DNA of 64,000 nucleotides from Amoebophrya sp. A120. Lineage: Eukaryota > Protista > Dinoflagellata. The notes beneath the pieces were generated by a model. The model was not told the origin of the DNA. It saw only the letters and a list, made by a program, of their open reading frames with translations, and searched no databases. Location of the stretch: positions 3,017,715-3,081,714 of the forward strand of contig CAJINV010000003.1 of the NCBI GenBank assembly GCA_905178155.1. The letters are read 5' to 3'. A program made the translations under genes and the position numbers. Positions 27,928 to 39,055 of this stretch are shown in pieces (the stretch's first letter is position 1; every line of letters starts with the position of its first letter).

Positions 27928-28970
27928 GGTAGGTAGGTAGGTTTACTCAACTACGGAGTTATAATAGTCAATAGCAATAGCGTGAGCGCTTATTTGTTTC
28001 TATAGACTGTTGGGTGGCGGGGGAATTGCCGGGTCGTCTGCATCTGCTCGCTGGGGTGGCATTGCTTCCTTCTTTCCCTTACAGGCCATCTCGTGTTTCT
28101 GCATGTCGTCAACTTGTTTCATCATCGAGCGGGTGAACTCCGTGATGACTTGCTGGCCCTCCTCCTGCAGCTGCTTCTTGAATGTCCCGCACTTCCTGCA
28201 CTTGATTCCGAACTTGCCGCTGCGCGTCATATAGCACGCATCTTCGGGGACGTGGCACCTGGTCACGTAGGCATTGGAGCCCATAAAATATCGCCCCTGG
28301 TTGCTATCCCAGATGTGTTCGCTCGGCACGAACTCACTAGTTTTAATTCGTTCGCCATCGTCGCCATACCGCCAAATCTGCCCGTACTTGACATAATCGC
28401 CGCGGGTATGTGCAAGCGCGTGCAGCTCCATCGCGCCAGCGCTTGACGTAAAATGCTCACAGCAAATCTCGCAGGTTATTTGCGGCACGTGCCCCGCGCG
28501 CCTCCTTCCCGCCGGTGGTTTGCCTTTCCTCGCTTTTTCCTTGAGGATACCAGGGTGGCGCGCAATGATTTCCGCCCGGAGCGCCGTAGCTCTTTCGTCA
28601 TCGTCCTCTTCATTCCTCTCCATCAGAGCATTGCGGCATTGAAGGTCAGGCTCCGCGATCGAGTGGCTATTTTTACAATGCGTCTGGAAGGCGTCCGGAA
28701 CGCCCGTGATCTCCTCGCCGCTCAGTGGCTCCTCCTCCGGGTCCTGAAAATGCGGTGAATCCGCAGGGCACCAAGGACACCGACGTAGCTTGAAGATTTC
28801 TGGAATAGCGCCGGGATAATAATAAATAATAATGTCCATTTTCTCTCTCAGGGGCACCCGTCACGGCGTCAGCTTCAGACTCACGTGTTTGATCGCTTCC
28901 CTGGCCCCAGTTCTCGATGGCATCTAGAATGCACTCGAATAGGGTCCACGCTGAGTGCCCGTCGGGGAGG
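27928..28970 (-). mobile_element. 5'-truncated non-LTR retrotransposon-like insert encoding zinc fingers
   Basis: 8-bp direct repeat CGTCACAT at 27920-27927 and 28971-28978. (ACCT)3 tail at the minus-strand 3' end (27928-27942). ORF 28000-28857 has CPWC..HCKNSH, CEICCEHF..HALAH and CRKC..HEMAC motifs. No reverse transcriptase domain is visible. Confidence 0.65.
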
Positions 28971-28972
28971 CG

Positions 28973-31402
28973 TCACATTGGCACGTACTGACGACTGAAA
29001 CTATTGCGCATCAGGTGCGAGAAAACTTGTTTGTAGTAGGTGTCCGCAAGTTCTCGGAAGATCCACAGCATGTCCTGCGGCTTTGTCTGCCCTTCCTGTA
29101 GCAGAAAGTGCGCCAGAACCTCGTCGGCGCCGCTGATTCGTGTGCGCAAAATGGCATCCAAGAAAAAATTTAGCAAGTGCAGCTCTCCCCCTCTCGCAAA
29201 AATCTGAAGCACAGGGGCTAGCCGTTCATAGTGTCCCAGCAAAAGCTTTACGCGCCGGAGGAAAATCCGTCGCTGGCTGCTATCTGTACAGTCCGAAGGA
29301 AGCGTGTCCAATTCTTGGAGCCACTGGAGCACAATCGCAGTCACGTACCCACCTCCTCCCGGAAGCTTTGATAAGGAGCCTGCTGTGACAGCAAAATGAA
29401 CTACATTCTGGCTATCCACATCGTAATTATTGCCCCGATTCGCTATGTCGCGGATAAGGACCATCGCCTGCTGTGCATCAATCAGCTTTTTCCAATGCGC
29501 ATCCAGCACCGCTGAAAAAGGGGAGGCGCCTTGCATGCCGATGGCCGATGCGTCGGCACTTTGCGGGTCTGCGTCCTCGTTGCGGAACAGCCACAGCGCC
29601 GAGTGCTCTCCGTCGGTAGCTGCCCAAGAATTGATGGCGCACGCCTTATCTGCGAGGCCACGCAAGCTGTTCTGTGGCCCCGTCCCCCGGCCCACCTCGG
29701 CTACTAACGCTTCGACCATCAGGAAAAACGGTGTTTCGCCGTCCGTTGCGCGCTGCTGCCCGAGCAGACCATTGTGGACCTGCTCGAAGGCGGCTCGGCC
29801 TCGGAGCAGATGCTCGCGGTAGCTATCGACGGCCACCTTGGCGTACTCATAACGCTCCGCAAAGGATAATTGCTCGTGTTGGTGTTTGTCGAAAATTTTG
29901 TGCCACAAGTTCTCCCCCTGCTGTTCAGCCCCGTGGTCACTGCCAGTGGGGGCGCCAATCAACTCCGGATCGAGAGTCAGAATACGGTGCAAGACTTTGG
30001 CGTTTTCTGACTGGTTTTGCGTTTTTGGTTTTTCGCGTGGTGAGGGAGGTGCTCCTACGACTTGACCCGTCGCGGTGCGCAAAAACCCGTCCAGACTGCA
30101 TGTTTGAGGAAACCACGAGCCACCGGCGGTTGCATCGGGAGAGTCGAGCATGGCTTCGTCACCGTGAGCCCGTGGTGTAGCAGAAAGGACTGGCGAGAAG
30201 ACACCAACCCGTGGTGGCAGTTTCAGCAAGGAGTCCAGCGCCCGAGCGGAGCTCACGTGTGGCAAAAAATTGTGGCGCAGGAAATTCACTATTTCCTCGT
30301 ACTGTGGGCCGCCGCGTGGAACTTCGTAGTTAGCAGGTTCTGCAGAAGCAGGATCCACAATGCCGCGCAGACCTGTTTCATCGCGCTGGTCGTGTTCCGA
30401 CGCAGCCCACGAAACCTTCCTCGTACTTGTCTCCGCTTGCACAAGGTGCTGTAAAGCAAACAGCAGCGTATCGGTCACGACCTCGTGCGCAGTCCACTCT
30501 TGCTGTGTCATTGCTTGTGCAATTGTCTGCACGGCATCTAGATTACCGGCACGAATAGCGCATTGTAGCAGTGTCAGCGGTCGCTCTTGCGCGCTGCCCG
30601 GTTGTTCTTCTGACGCTGTTCGAAGAAGGCTCACACCGTTCGCCAGACCGGTCTGCAGCTTATGCATAAGGTCCGACGAATCCATAGGGCGTTCTTTACC
30701 GGTGAACATCAAGTCCGAAGCCCCACACAAGGCGGTGCGCAACTCCATCTCTTCATCTGGCCGCTTCTGTTCCTCATGTAGTCCCGACTCGCGGGAGGTA
30801 CCAAAAGCGTTGCTCTCATACGCGACGCTCAGTTCTAAGTGATCGCTCGGGACGAGAGAAGCCCGACCTCCCTTCGACGTGTCGGCATTTGATACCCTCT
30901 GGCGCAGGGAAGTTGCCATGAACGCCGCCTTCTGCCCCTGAGCTGCAGCATGCCAGAAATTATTATCCTGACTAACATTCAGACGCAATTTACCGATTTG
31001 ACTATCGATAAAGCGGGTCAGGGATATTAATGAGTCCTCCCCTGGAGAAGCACCAGAATGATCGGCCGCGTGGACGAGCGCCCGACTTCCTGCGGGTGCC
31101 GCTCGATGCAGGATGTCATACTCCACAAGCTTCTTGCGCATCGAACGCAACAAGCTCCACGTTGGCGTAGCCGCTTCTGTTTTCCACTCCAAAGCTGTCA
31201 CAGCTGCAGTGCGTGTGTCTGTCGCCTGCACCCTCACGTGAAGGATCTGTGACTCATGTGAACCACCTCCGTCGGCGAGCCGTCGCTCTATCGATTGTTG
31301 TCGCGCACGGACTCTAGCCATTTCTATGCAAGAAAAAAGCTGTGTAAGTGTGATGCAGAAAATGCAAAACAGTATACACTTCTCATGCTGCAAGTGCGTC
31401 AT
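28973..31402 (-). CDS. Signal-peptide-bearing ankyrin-like protein, paralog A (intronless, 809 aa)
   Basis: Hydrophobic N-terminus; ankyrin-like segments LTLLQCAIRAGNLDAVQTI and DGETPFFLMVE. Colinear similarity to ORFs 39056-40870 (N-terminal half) and 32950-34434 (C-terminal half). Confidence 0.75.
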   Translation of the reverse strand: MTHLQHEKCILFCIFCITLTQLFSCIEMARVRARQQSIERRLADGGGSHESQILHVRVQATDTRTAAVTALEWKTEAATPTWSLLRSMRKKLVEYDILHRAAPAGSRALVHAADHSGASPGEDSLISLTRFIDSQIGKLRLNVSQDNNFWHAAAQGQKAAFMATSLRQRVSNADTSKGGRASLVPSDHLELSVAYESNAFGTSRESGLHEEQKRPDEEMELRTALCGASDLMFTGKERPMDSSDLMHKLQTGLANGVSLLRTASEEQPGSAQERPLTLLQCAIRAGNLDAVQTIAQAMTQQEWTAHEVVTDTLLFALQHLVQAETSTRKVSWAASEHDQRDETGLRGIVDPASAEPANYEVPRGGPQYEEIVNFLRHNFLPHVSSARALDSLLKLPPRVGVFSPVLSATPRAHGDEAMLDSPDATAGGSWFPQTCSLDGFLRTATGQVVGAPPSPREKPKTQNQSENAKVLHRILTLDPELIGAPTGSDHGAEQQGENLWHKIFDKHQHEQLSFAERYEYAKVAVDSYREHLLRGRAAFEQVHNGLLGQQRATDGETPFFLMVEALVAEVGRGTGPQNSLRGLADKACAINSWAATDGEHSALWLFRNEDADPQSADASAIGMQGASPFSAVLDAHWKKLIDAQQAMVLIRDIANRGNNYDVDSQNVVHFAVTAGSLSKLPGGGGYVTAIVLQWLQELDTLPSDCTDSSQRRIFLRRVKLLLGHYERLAPVLQIFARGGELHLLNFFLDAILRTRISGADEVLAHFLLQEGQTKPQDMLWIFRELADTYYKQVFSHLMRNSFSRQYVPM

Positions 31403-32949
31403 AGGCTACTATCATACGCGTTTTCACGTACTAGCTGCGCATGACAGGTTTTCCCTGTAACGCAAAACGAATTTGTGATGCTGCTCTTCCTACAAAGTTA
31501 CACTTACACAGTTTTTTTTTCTGGATAATTTCGGCGGCCCATTCAGTACTATTGGGTACTCCAGTACTATTTCGCATAGGATTAGGATTGCGCACGCTGC
31601 TTCGGCGGCCGCGCGTCCATTTTTGGCCAGCCGAATCGGAAAAATCCATTGCCCCAACCACTAGGCTGGTAGAAACTATGCTGACTAACACAAGTGCCAT
31701 CTCCTTTCGTATTATACAAAAAAAAATTAAATTACACATCGGGTGAGCAGAATGTTGTGTTTGCGTCGACGTAGACTGTTCAGCAACCACACCGTTGCCG
31801 CTCTATCCATGTGGGGTTTTGACAAGAAAGGTTTCTTCAAAAAGCGAAACTCTTCCTAAGTGTTTTCAGAAACAAAATTGATGTAGAAGACTCGTATGTC
31901 TCTGTAGCCGCGTAGACCTGATTTGTTCAACTAGCGTGGATTTTTATTCACGTGAAATAATACTCATGGAACAATTTGATCCGAGGTCCTCTCCAATCGT
32001 TGCCTTGACCTCGCGGCATGATGGACCGCACTTCCGTTTCGGTTTGATCTTTGGATCTGGATCTCCAGGTCGGTCCTTTCTTCAAGTTAGATCGACAAAG
32101 TATTTGAGACACAAACCGCCTAGGAAATCTGAGAAATTGCAATATCTTCATTAGTGTACGTCGAAGCGAAATGGATAGAGACGACTTAATTGCAACAAGA
32201 TGACGAGCAAGCAAAAGCAAAACAAGGAGAAGAATGCTCGTCATTAATTTCACTGTTCACACTCACAGGCAGCAGCAGCACAACAGAACAAAAATGCTCC
32301 ACCAGATGATCATGATGTGAACCACATTCTTGCGTCTGCGTCATGGAATTCTTGTCATATTTCCTTTTTACGTTTGAGGCTCCTCATTCAACTGCACTTT
32401 TTTTCTTGTTTTGGCACTTACACATTATACATTTTATCTTGGTCTTAAATTGTACAAAGCCTAAATCGGAATCAAGGCATGAAGGTGTACAACTTGAACA
32501 GTTTGTTCTTGTTGTGACATTGTGAAGACTACTCTGTGCAAAATAAGAAAAGGCATTGTTCGTAAAAAGTACTACTGTGCAGCTCTCCGAAAGCATTTCT
32601 TTCTAGAATTGCGATTTCAATTTTATGGTACCAAATCCGACAGTAAATCCATGCCTTCCTCTTCCGACTTGCATGTCCTTAAGTGTGGAATTTTTGCAGC
32701 CATCTAAGGTTCGGCCATGGAACGTTAGAGCCTGAGTCGAAACGCCTCACCCTTTTGTTAGTGCTTCACGCTCGCCGAGGGTGGGAAATAGAGTGCGTCA
32801 TGCAGCTCTATACATACTTGTCTTTCCTCTCCGTGTTCACTTCGCCTCGTAATATGGATAAGGCAGTTTTTGGCTTCTACTAAAACTATGCCCGTGTTGC
32901 ACTTTCTGTTACTTATGGCGTTCCGCGGTCCAGGATGATGATGATGATG

Positions 32950-34648
32950 CTACGGAATGGGCTCGGCACTACGCCGTCCTTCGACGCTGAAAAATGATAT
33001 GTTTCCAAGCAATGCAGGGAGCGAGCGGCGCAGCTTTCTCAGGCTTCTCTGCACTTCGGTCCTCTCCGAGGAATCCAGCATATCGCATTGTGTTCTTGCA
33101 CGCGGTTGCAGCGAAGGCGGTTGCGGTGCTGCATAGTAGTCGCCCTCTTCGTCAGACCTCTCGTCTGCTGCATAGTAATCGACGTCCTCTTCCTCGTCAG
33201 AGCTCTCGCCCGCTTCACATGCAAGCGCCTTTCCATCGTTCTCTATCACTTGCAGTGTTATTTCCAACATGTTCCACTTTTGCACGTCATTCAGCGCTTC
33301 GAACCGGACTTCTGAAGGAAGAAGCTTGTCAAGGAACGATTTTCTTGACAGCAAGTACGCGTACGTGTCCCGATAATAGTTCGCCACGACTGTCTCAAAC
33401 TTCTCCAAAAATGCCTGGCTCTGCAACTCCTCGCTGCGGTCTTTCCTCTCGCGTAGTGCGAGCATCAGCCCTCGTCCCGCGTTTCTCGCATCTTGTTCTC
33501 CAGTCTTGCGCTGCAAGAGAGTATCAAGGAGAAAGGTCTGTAGCGAAAATCTTCTACTCCGGGTTGTTGTGGGGGGGACCACGCCATCTTTCGCGGCAAA
33601 GTGAAAGCGTGTGGCAGCCGAAATTTCCTCGTAGTTATCCAGCAACGCCTCAAGGCGTCGAGAGAGAATGTCGGTGGTGGCTTTGTGCAGGACCCGCCGT
33701 TTTTTGTTTCTCACATAATCGGCTCTGTCGTGCACCACAGCTACCCGGGACTCCGCAACTGAGCTGCTCCCGACTTCCTCTGTGGAGGGCCCTGTGAAGA
33801 AAATTGCTCCAGCCACTAGCAAAAGCGGACGCCAGTAACTGGCCAGCAAGAGAGGTATTATCGGCTCATTTTCGCGAGCTTCGTCCTTCGTGATACGAGT
33901 TACGTACGTGGTCATGATATCAGGTTTCATCAGAGAGTCGTCCTCCACATCAAGCAGGAGCATGAGAATCAACGAGTAAGAGAGGTTGCGGGTTTTGCGC
34001 GCTAGCTTCATGAGCGGCAGGAGTGTTTGGTAGTTCTCGAGCAGCTTCTTCAGACGGCGGAGCACCAAGCATGGCGGGGCAGCTGCCAATTCGGCTTGCA
34101 TTCCTGCTTCATCTTCTGGCTGCGCCAAAAGAGATAAGTGTGTCCATTCCCGAACGTGAGCTGCCACATAATTCTGCCCTGTCTCGACGTTCTGCGAGGT
34201 TCGATGGGCGAGTTCGCTGACAAGCTGATACGTTAACTCGCAGGCGGTCGGGTGTATTTTCTTTTCATGTGCCTCCAAAAGAGCAGCAAAGGGAGACGAT
34301 TTGGCTCTGTCAACTACGCCACGCTTCTCACCCGCAGCCAGCGGGTCCGTATCCTCGTGTTCAAACATTTGGAGCGCTTTCCCGAAATCGAAGATCATCT
34401 GGTCGCTATCGCTTTCATCCATCCACTCCTCCATCCACGAATATCAATATCCTGAAGCGCAACTGCCAACATCCACGTCCATATAGCAATCCGGTGCAGC
34501 TGCAACCTCTCCTACGGTAGGGCCGCCGCAGATCGTCTTTGCGGTAAACAACGATTCCACCATCAAAAAGAACGGTGTTTCGCCATCCTTGGCTCGCTGT
34601 TGTCCAAGCAGTTGTCGTCGCAGCTCGTCCTCGCGAGCCTCAGAATTG
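32950..34648 (-). pseudogene. 3' half of ankyrin-like paralog B (detached; one in-frame TGA)
   Basis: Reads NSEAREDELRRQLLGQQRAKDGETPFFLMVESL (paralog A: GLLGQQRATDGETPFFLMVEAL) and continues in frame into the 494-aa ORF (SPFAALLEAHEKK vs SPFSAVLDAHWKK), apart from TGA at 34444-34446. Confidence 0.8.
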
Positions 34649-35206
34649 GTAAAAATCTACTTAAATGTTAGCAGTAGACGCAAACGGACACTACTGCTAT
34701 GCAGGAGCACACTCATACTAGACATGGCGTCTCGTCGTGCGGACTGCATGGCTCTATCGAAACTCGACTGTGCCGCGGACGCAGCCTCCCCCCAGCTACA
34801 GAGGAAGCTGGGGGCAACGCTGTCGCGGGCGACTGATCAGCTGTTCACGTTTGATATGCGAAACGCCTTTGCCTATCACGCCACGGCTGCAGGCGAAGTC
34901 TTCGTCTACAGGCGCGAAGGCTTTTGCCGCTTTTCGCGTTTTATTTTCTACGCACCGCCTATGTAGTTCGTTCAACAAGAATACTGATAGAACTCTATAC
35001 CCCTTCGTCATGGCCCCCGTGGTCAAAAAGTCGGCAAGCTTCTTGTGGCCCACTGAGCACTTCATTTTGGCCATGAACGACACCACCCGCGCGCACTCAC
35101 ACATGGAACTGCCAGCCCCATGCGTGGCGCCGGGCCCGACCATCACCGCCGCTATGTGTTTCTTCTTGTGAGCGTCGGTGTTCATAATTTGCACCATGCG
35201 GCTGTG

Positions 35207-35465
35207 TATGGATTGCAAAAATGTCTGGGTCTGGAAGATGTCGAGATTTCTCATCCTAGATTGGCATGACTCTGAACTCTGTATTGCGTGGCCACGAACA
35301 CCTCCTCTTGTTTGTCATGCAAAAACGACGTTTCTCATGCGGAATACGCAATAGAGTGCCACGAAAAAATCTGTCATGCTTGGCGGTGCACTACAAGGCG
35401 CTTTCTGTTCACTGCCATGCATCACAAGTTTCCAGATCCAGACCCAGACATTTTTGTATTTGATA
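35207..35465. mobile_element. Introner (family beta)
   Basis: TATGGATTGCAAAAATGTCTGGGTCTGGA / TCCAGACCCAGACATTTTTGTATTTGATA. TSD CTGTG at 35202-35206 and 35466-35470. Same TIR as 12770-13116. Confidence 0.9.
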
Positions 35466-35663
35466 CTGTGGCAGATGTCGAGGTGCTTTCCAGCCAACTG
35501 GTGCCCCGGCTTGTCTTTCACCACGTCGACGACGTTGGACAAGGTGATGGGCGCGCAGTCGGGATCACGATACAGGTTGTGTTTCTTGTCCAGCGTCTTG
35601 TTCTCCGCGAGAGCGGCCCGGAGGACCTCGGTGTGCGCGATTCCGTGTTTCTTCAGGTACTTG

Positions 35664-35947
35664 CATCCTGAGTAAAAACGTCCCCACACCATAGTCAAGT
35701 TGGGGAATCGGCTAGACAAATCCACAGGCTTTGGCTGTTTCGCATGACAAATTTGGACTCGTAGTGTAGTACTGTTTGAGCTAGCTCAGCAGCATCACAG
35801 ATCTAGCACACCATGCTGATTGGAGCATGACAAATTTCAAAACACGACTGGAGAATGCTTTTCATGGGGCTCCGCATGCGAAGCATTTTCAGCATGCAGC
35901 TTTGCACTAAATACAGCTATGGGGTGGGGGCGTTTTTAAATGGGGCA
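35664..35947. mobile_element. Introner (family alpha, degenerate right TIR)
   Basis: Left end CATCCTGAGTAAAAACGTCCCCAC; right end GGGGTGGGGGCGTTTTTAAATGGGGCA. TSD ACTTG at 35659-35663 and 35948-35952. Removal restores the frame (TKDDKYLKK). Confidence 0.85.
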
Positions 35948-36039
35948 ACTTGTCGTCCTTGGTCATCCGCGCCACATAGGTCAGGCCCGCCTTCCTGTCC
36001 TTTCCGCGGACGCAGCGGCGCGGCTTCTCGTAGAGGTAG

Positions 36040-36190
36040 TATCCTGTGCAAAAATATCGCACTCGTACTAATTGCATTTATGCATTACAAATCTAGTTCC
36101 TAAGGCAAATCCGCATTACAAATTGAATTTTTTAATGCTGAGCAAATTTGTATTGCAATTTATACTAGTGCGCTACTTTTGCAGTTCATA
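36040..36190. mobile_element. Introner, 151 bp
   Basis: TATCCTGTGCAAAAATATCGCACTCGTA / TACTAGTGCGCTACTTTTGCAGTTCATA. TSD GGTAG at 36035-36039 and 36191-36195. Removal gives ADAYLYEKP. Confidence 0.85.
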
Positions 36191-36571
36191 GGTAGGCGTC
36201 GGCAACGATGTAGGACAGGTTCCGCTTCTCTTCGCGGTCGAGGCCAGCCACATACGACCCCGCGACGAATCTCTCGCAAGTTTTGTTTGCGTACTTCGTC
36301 CGGACGCCGCGCAAGAACTTCTGCTGTTGTCCAAGCAGTTGTCGTCGCAGAGCTCGTCCTGGCGGGCCTCAGAATTGGTAATTGCATGATTCACCCACCT
36401 GTGACTCACCCACCTGTGGCAACGAGGTGGGTGCCCACCTGTCGCCTGACAGGTGGGTGCATTTCGCGGGTGGGTGCCCACCTGTTGTGGTGCCCACCCG
36501 AACTGGTTCAATCAGCGGGCGCGCGCGCGGTGCCCTGGAGGGCTGACATGATGCATGGGCCCCGTCGGTCG

Positions 36572-36841
36572 GCCCTATACCAGAGTCAAAATGGGAAATC
36601 TGCTAGACAAATCAACCGCCTTTGGTTACTTCGCATGACAAATCTGTCCTTGTATTGCAGTCGTGTTTTTAAGTAGTAGCTGAGCAGCATTACAGATCTA
36701 GCACATCATGGTGATTCTAGCATCACAAATTGCAAAACGCGACTAGATGAAAACGCTTCTCCTGGGGCTCCGCGTGAGAAACTTTGTTGCCATGCAGATT
36801 TGCATGACAACTCTGGTGTGGGGACATTTTTAATCAGGATA
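36572..36841. mobile_element. Introner (family alpha) truncated at its left TIR
   Basis: Intact right end CTCTGGTGTGGGGACATTTTTAATCAGGATA. The body is colinear with 35685-35940 (GCTAGACAAATC, TTCGCATGACAAAT, CAGATCTAGCACA), but the outer ~20 bp of the left TIR and the TSD are missing. Confidence 0.8.
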
Positions 36842-37271
36842 CGACCAATCCTGCCTTTAAGATCTGCGCTAGGCAGTCGGAGTACTCTCGGCGCGCCACG
36901 TCGTCGGCATTGAAGGGCTTCGCACGTTCCTCTTCCGGGTCGGCGCGGAGTTTCTCCGGCAGGTCGAAGACCGTCGGGCCCATAGTAACCTTCATGGACA
37001 CCTCTTGGGGCTGTTTCTTGCCGTTTACCACCAGGGTCGTCGACGACACTTCCTTCGTGGAGCCGCGGTCCTTCGTGGTCGTCGACGATGCGCCCGCCGG
37101 TCGCAGGATGCTTGCGGGCGTCGGGTGCAGCACGGCCCAGGACTGTGCGCATATGCCTAGCAGGCCTTTCTGGGGACTGGTAGATAACACCACTTGCTCT
37201 CCTGCATCGCCGGCGCCGTCTTTTATCCAAGCAGTTGTCGTCGCAGCTCGTCCTCGCGAGCCGCAGAATTG

Positions 37272-37350
37272 ATTGGCAGCATATGTAAAAAACTCAAGAT
37301 TGGCAGAATATGTAAAAAAACTATTGGCAGCATACGTAAATTCGAATAGA
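37272..37350. repeat. Short tandem repeat, three units of ~24-27 bp
   Basis: ATTGGCAG(C/A)ATA(T/C)GTAAA repeated three times, immediately after array repeat copy 3. Confidence 0.8.
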
Positions 37351-39055
37351 TTGATGCGGGCTGCATGCTGTCCGGAATTTTTTTTGTTCGTGCAGAACGA
37401 GCAAGTGAGTACCAGGACAAGCTGCAATGCTGCAGTTGAAGATTTTTTTTTATGTCAATCAGCCTTGCCAAGGCAGAAGAACAACTGTATGACATTTCGA
37501 ATACACTTCGGAATGATAGGCACAAATAGAATCATAAGCTATGGGACAATACGAAGCGCATCACAAGAAAGGGAAACGGAAGAAGAGTAAACCTTCGAGT
37601 TCATAGCACACGGACTAGAATGAAGCTGATCAGCATTTACACCGCCGGTGACCACATGGTGCTTTCAAACAAGTGAGGGGCTGTCTTCAAGCAACCACTT
37701 ATTTCTAGTACCGATGTCGATGTCCCTGGACCTGGAGTCGTTTACGTGCTTTCTTCAAAGAAACACAAGAAGGTGCTTCGCATACGTATTTATTTTTCGA
37801 CCGAGAGCTACATTGTATCTTCATCTGTTTCGCACCACCACACCATTGAATATTAAGAGTTTCTTTTATTAGTACTCCGGTTGTGCCGCCATTAAGATAA
37901 ACCTTATGCCGTCTTTTATCCAAGCAGTTGTCGTCGCAGTTCGTCCTCGCGAGCCTCAGAAGACATGATTCTGACGTGGAAAAAAAAATGAAAAATCTAT
38001 TTTGGAAATTTACTGGTCACAAAGTTCTTTTCGCCGCCTATGCGCCCTGGTACAGTCGCACTTGGTTGACCTGCCGGCTGCTCCGCGCCCCTTTCCGGGG
38101 GCTGGAACAGCACCGCGTCGAGCCCCTGGCTCACTTGCGCACCCATGGTGTGATGAAATGTTTGATGACACTACGCTATTCGTCAAAGATAGACTGCATA
38201 CACGACGCAACGGATTTCTCGCAGGCGATAGTAGCCTGGAAGTTTTTTGATTTTTGTATAAGCCCTCGGTGGACCAGTGCTTTCATCTGACATGTACTTT
38301 AACGGCCAAAGTTCCAGGTAGTGCCGCCGCTTTTCAACGCTCCAAGAGAATAGCAAGAACAGGCAGGCTCTCATTTCGGATAAGGGCGGAAAGCCAAGAT
38401 TCGTTTCCCCAATGCGCGCCGCATAGCAGTCAGTCAATCGGTGTCTACTCTTTTACAGGTTTTAATTTCAGTTCAAATTTGTTACAATCCTACAAAGTTC
38501 CGCAAGTCCGTCCTGTCGCCAACAGGGTGATACCTTTCGTCATCCAAAATTTCGCAACTTGGCCGTGAGAGTGCGAGTTTTTCTGAGCACATTGGAAAAC
38601 GAAAACGGTCAAACGTTTGCTCGCGAGGATAAGGCCCTTGGGGGCCTGGGAGGGGGGGGGTGCCTTTACAGTAAAGCCCACGGATCTTCCAGAAGGGTCA
38701 GCGTCAGTGCAATCCTGTACAGTGGGACAAAAAACGCGCAAAGTGCTATATGTCTGGCTTGTCACATAGAGCATGGGCGCCATTGACTTCGAAAATACAT
38801 ATACACACCCAAAAAATCTGGAAAATCACCGATATTTCCACTCGCCCACTTTTTCTAAAATTTTTTAAATCTGAAAAAATCTTGAAATTTCTTCATTTTT
38901 TCTGTCGTTAAGTAGGGATATCACTACAGGCATGTGCCTACACTTATTCTTTGTTCCATATATTCAAAAATTTGTGACCAACACAACATTTTTTCAAATT
39001 TTGCAATTTTGTGACTTTTTCAAAAATTGCACGTTGGTGGAAACTTCTGTTATTT

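Larger units (their letters stand above)
34660..37214 (-). pseudogene. Foreign gene fragment(s) with introner introns, lying inside the repeat array
   Basis: After removing three TIR elements the frame reads QKFLRGVRTKYANKTCERFVAGSYVAGLDREEKRNLSYIVADAYLYEKPRRC...KYLKKHGIAH...HLDICHSRMVQIMNTD, with a TAG at 34796. A further exon-like ORF lies at 36842-37214. No similarity to the ankyrin-like host gene is visible. Confidence 0.7.

Noticed and set aside
36255-36846. CGACC at 36255 and 36842 as the TSD of one 580-bp introner
   Set aside because: Removal shifts the frame, there is no left TIR at 36260, and the exon continues to ~36322.
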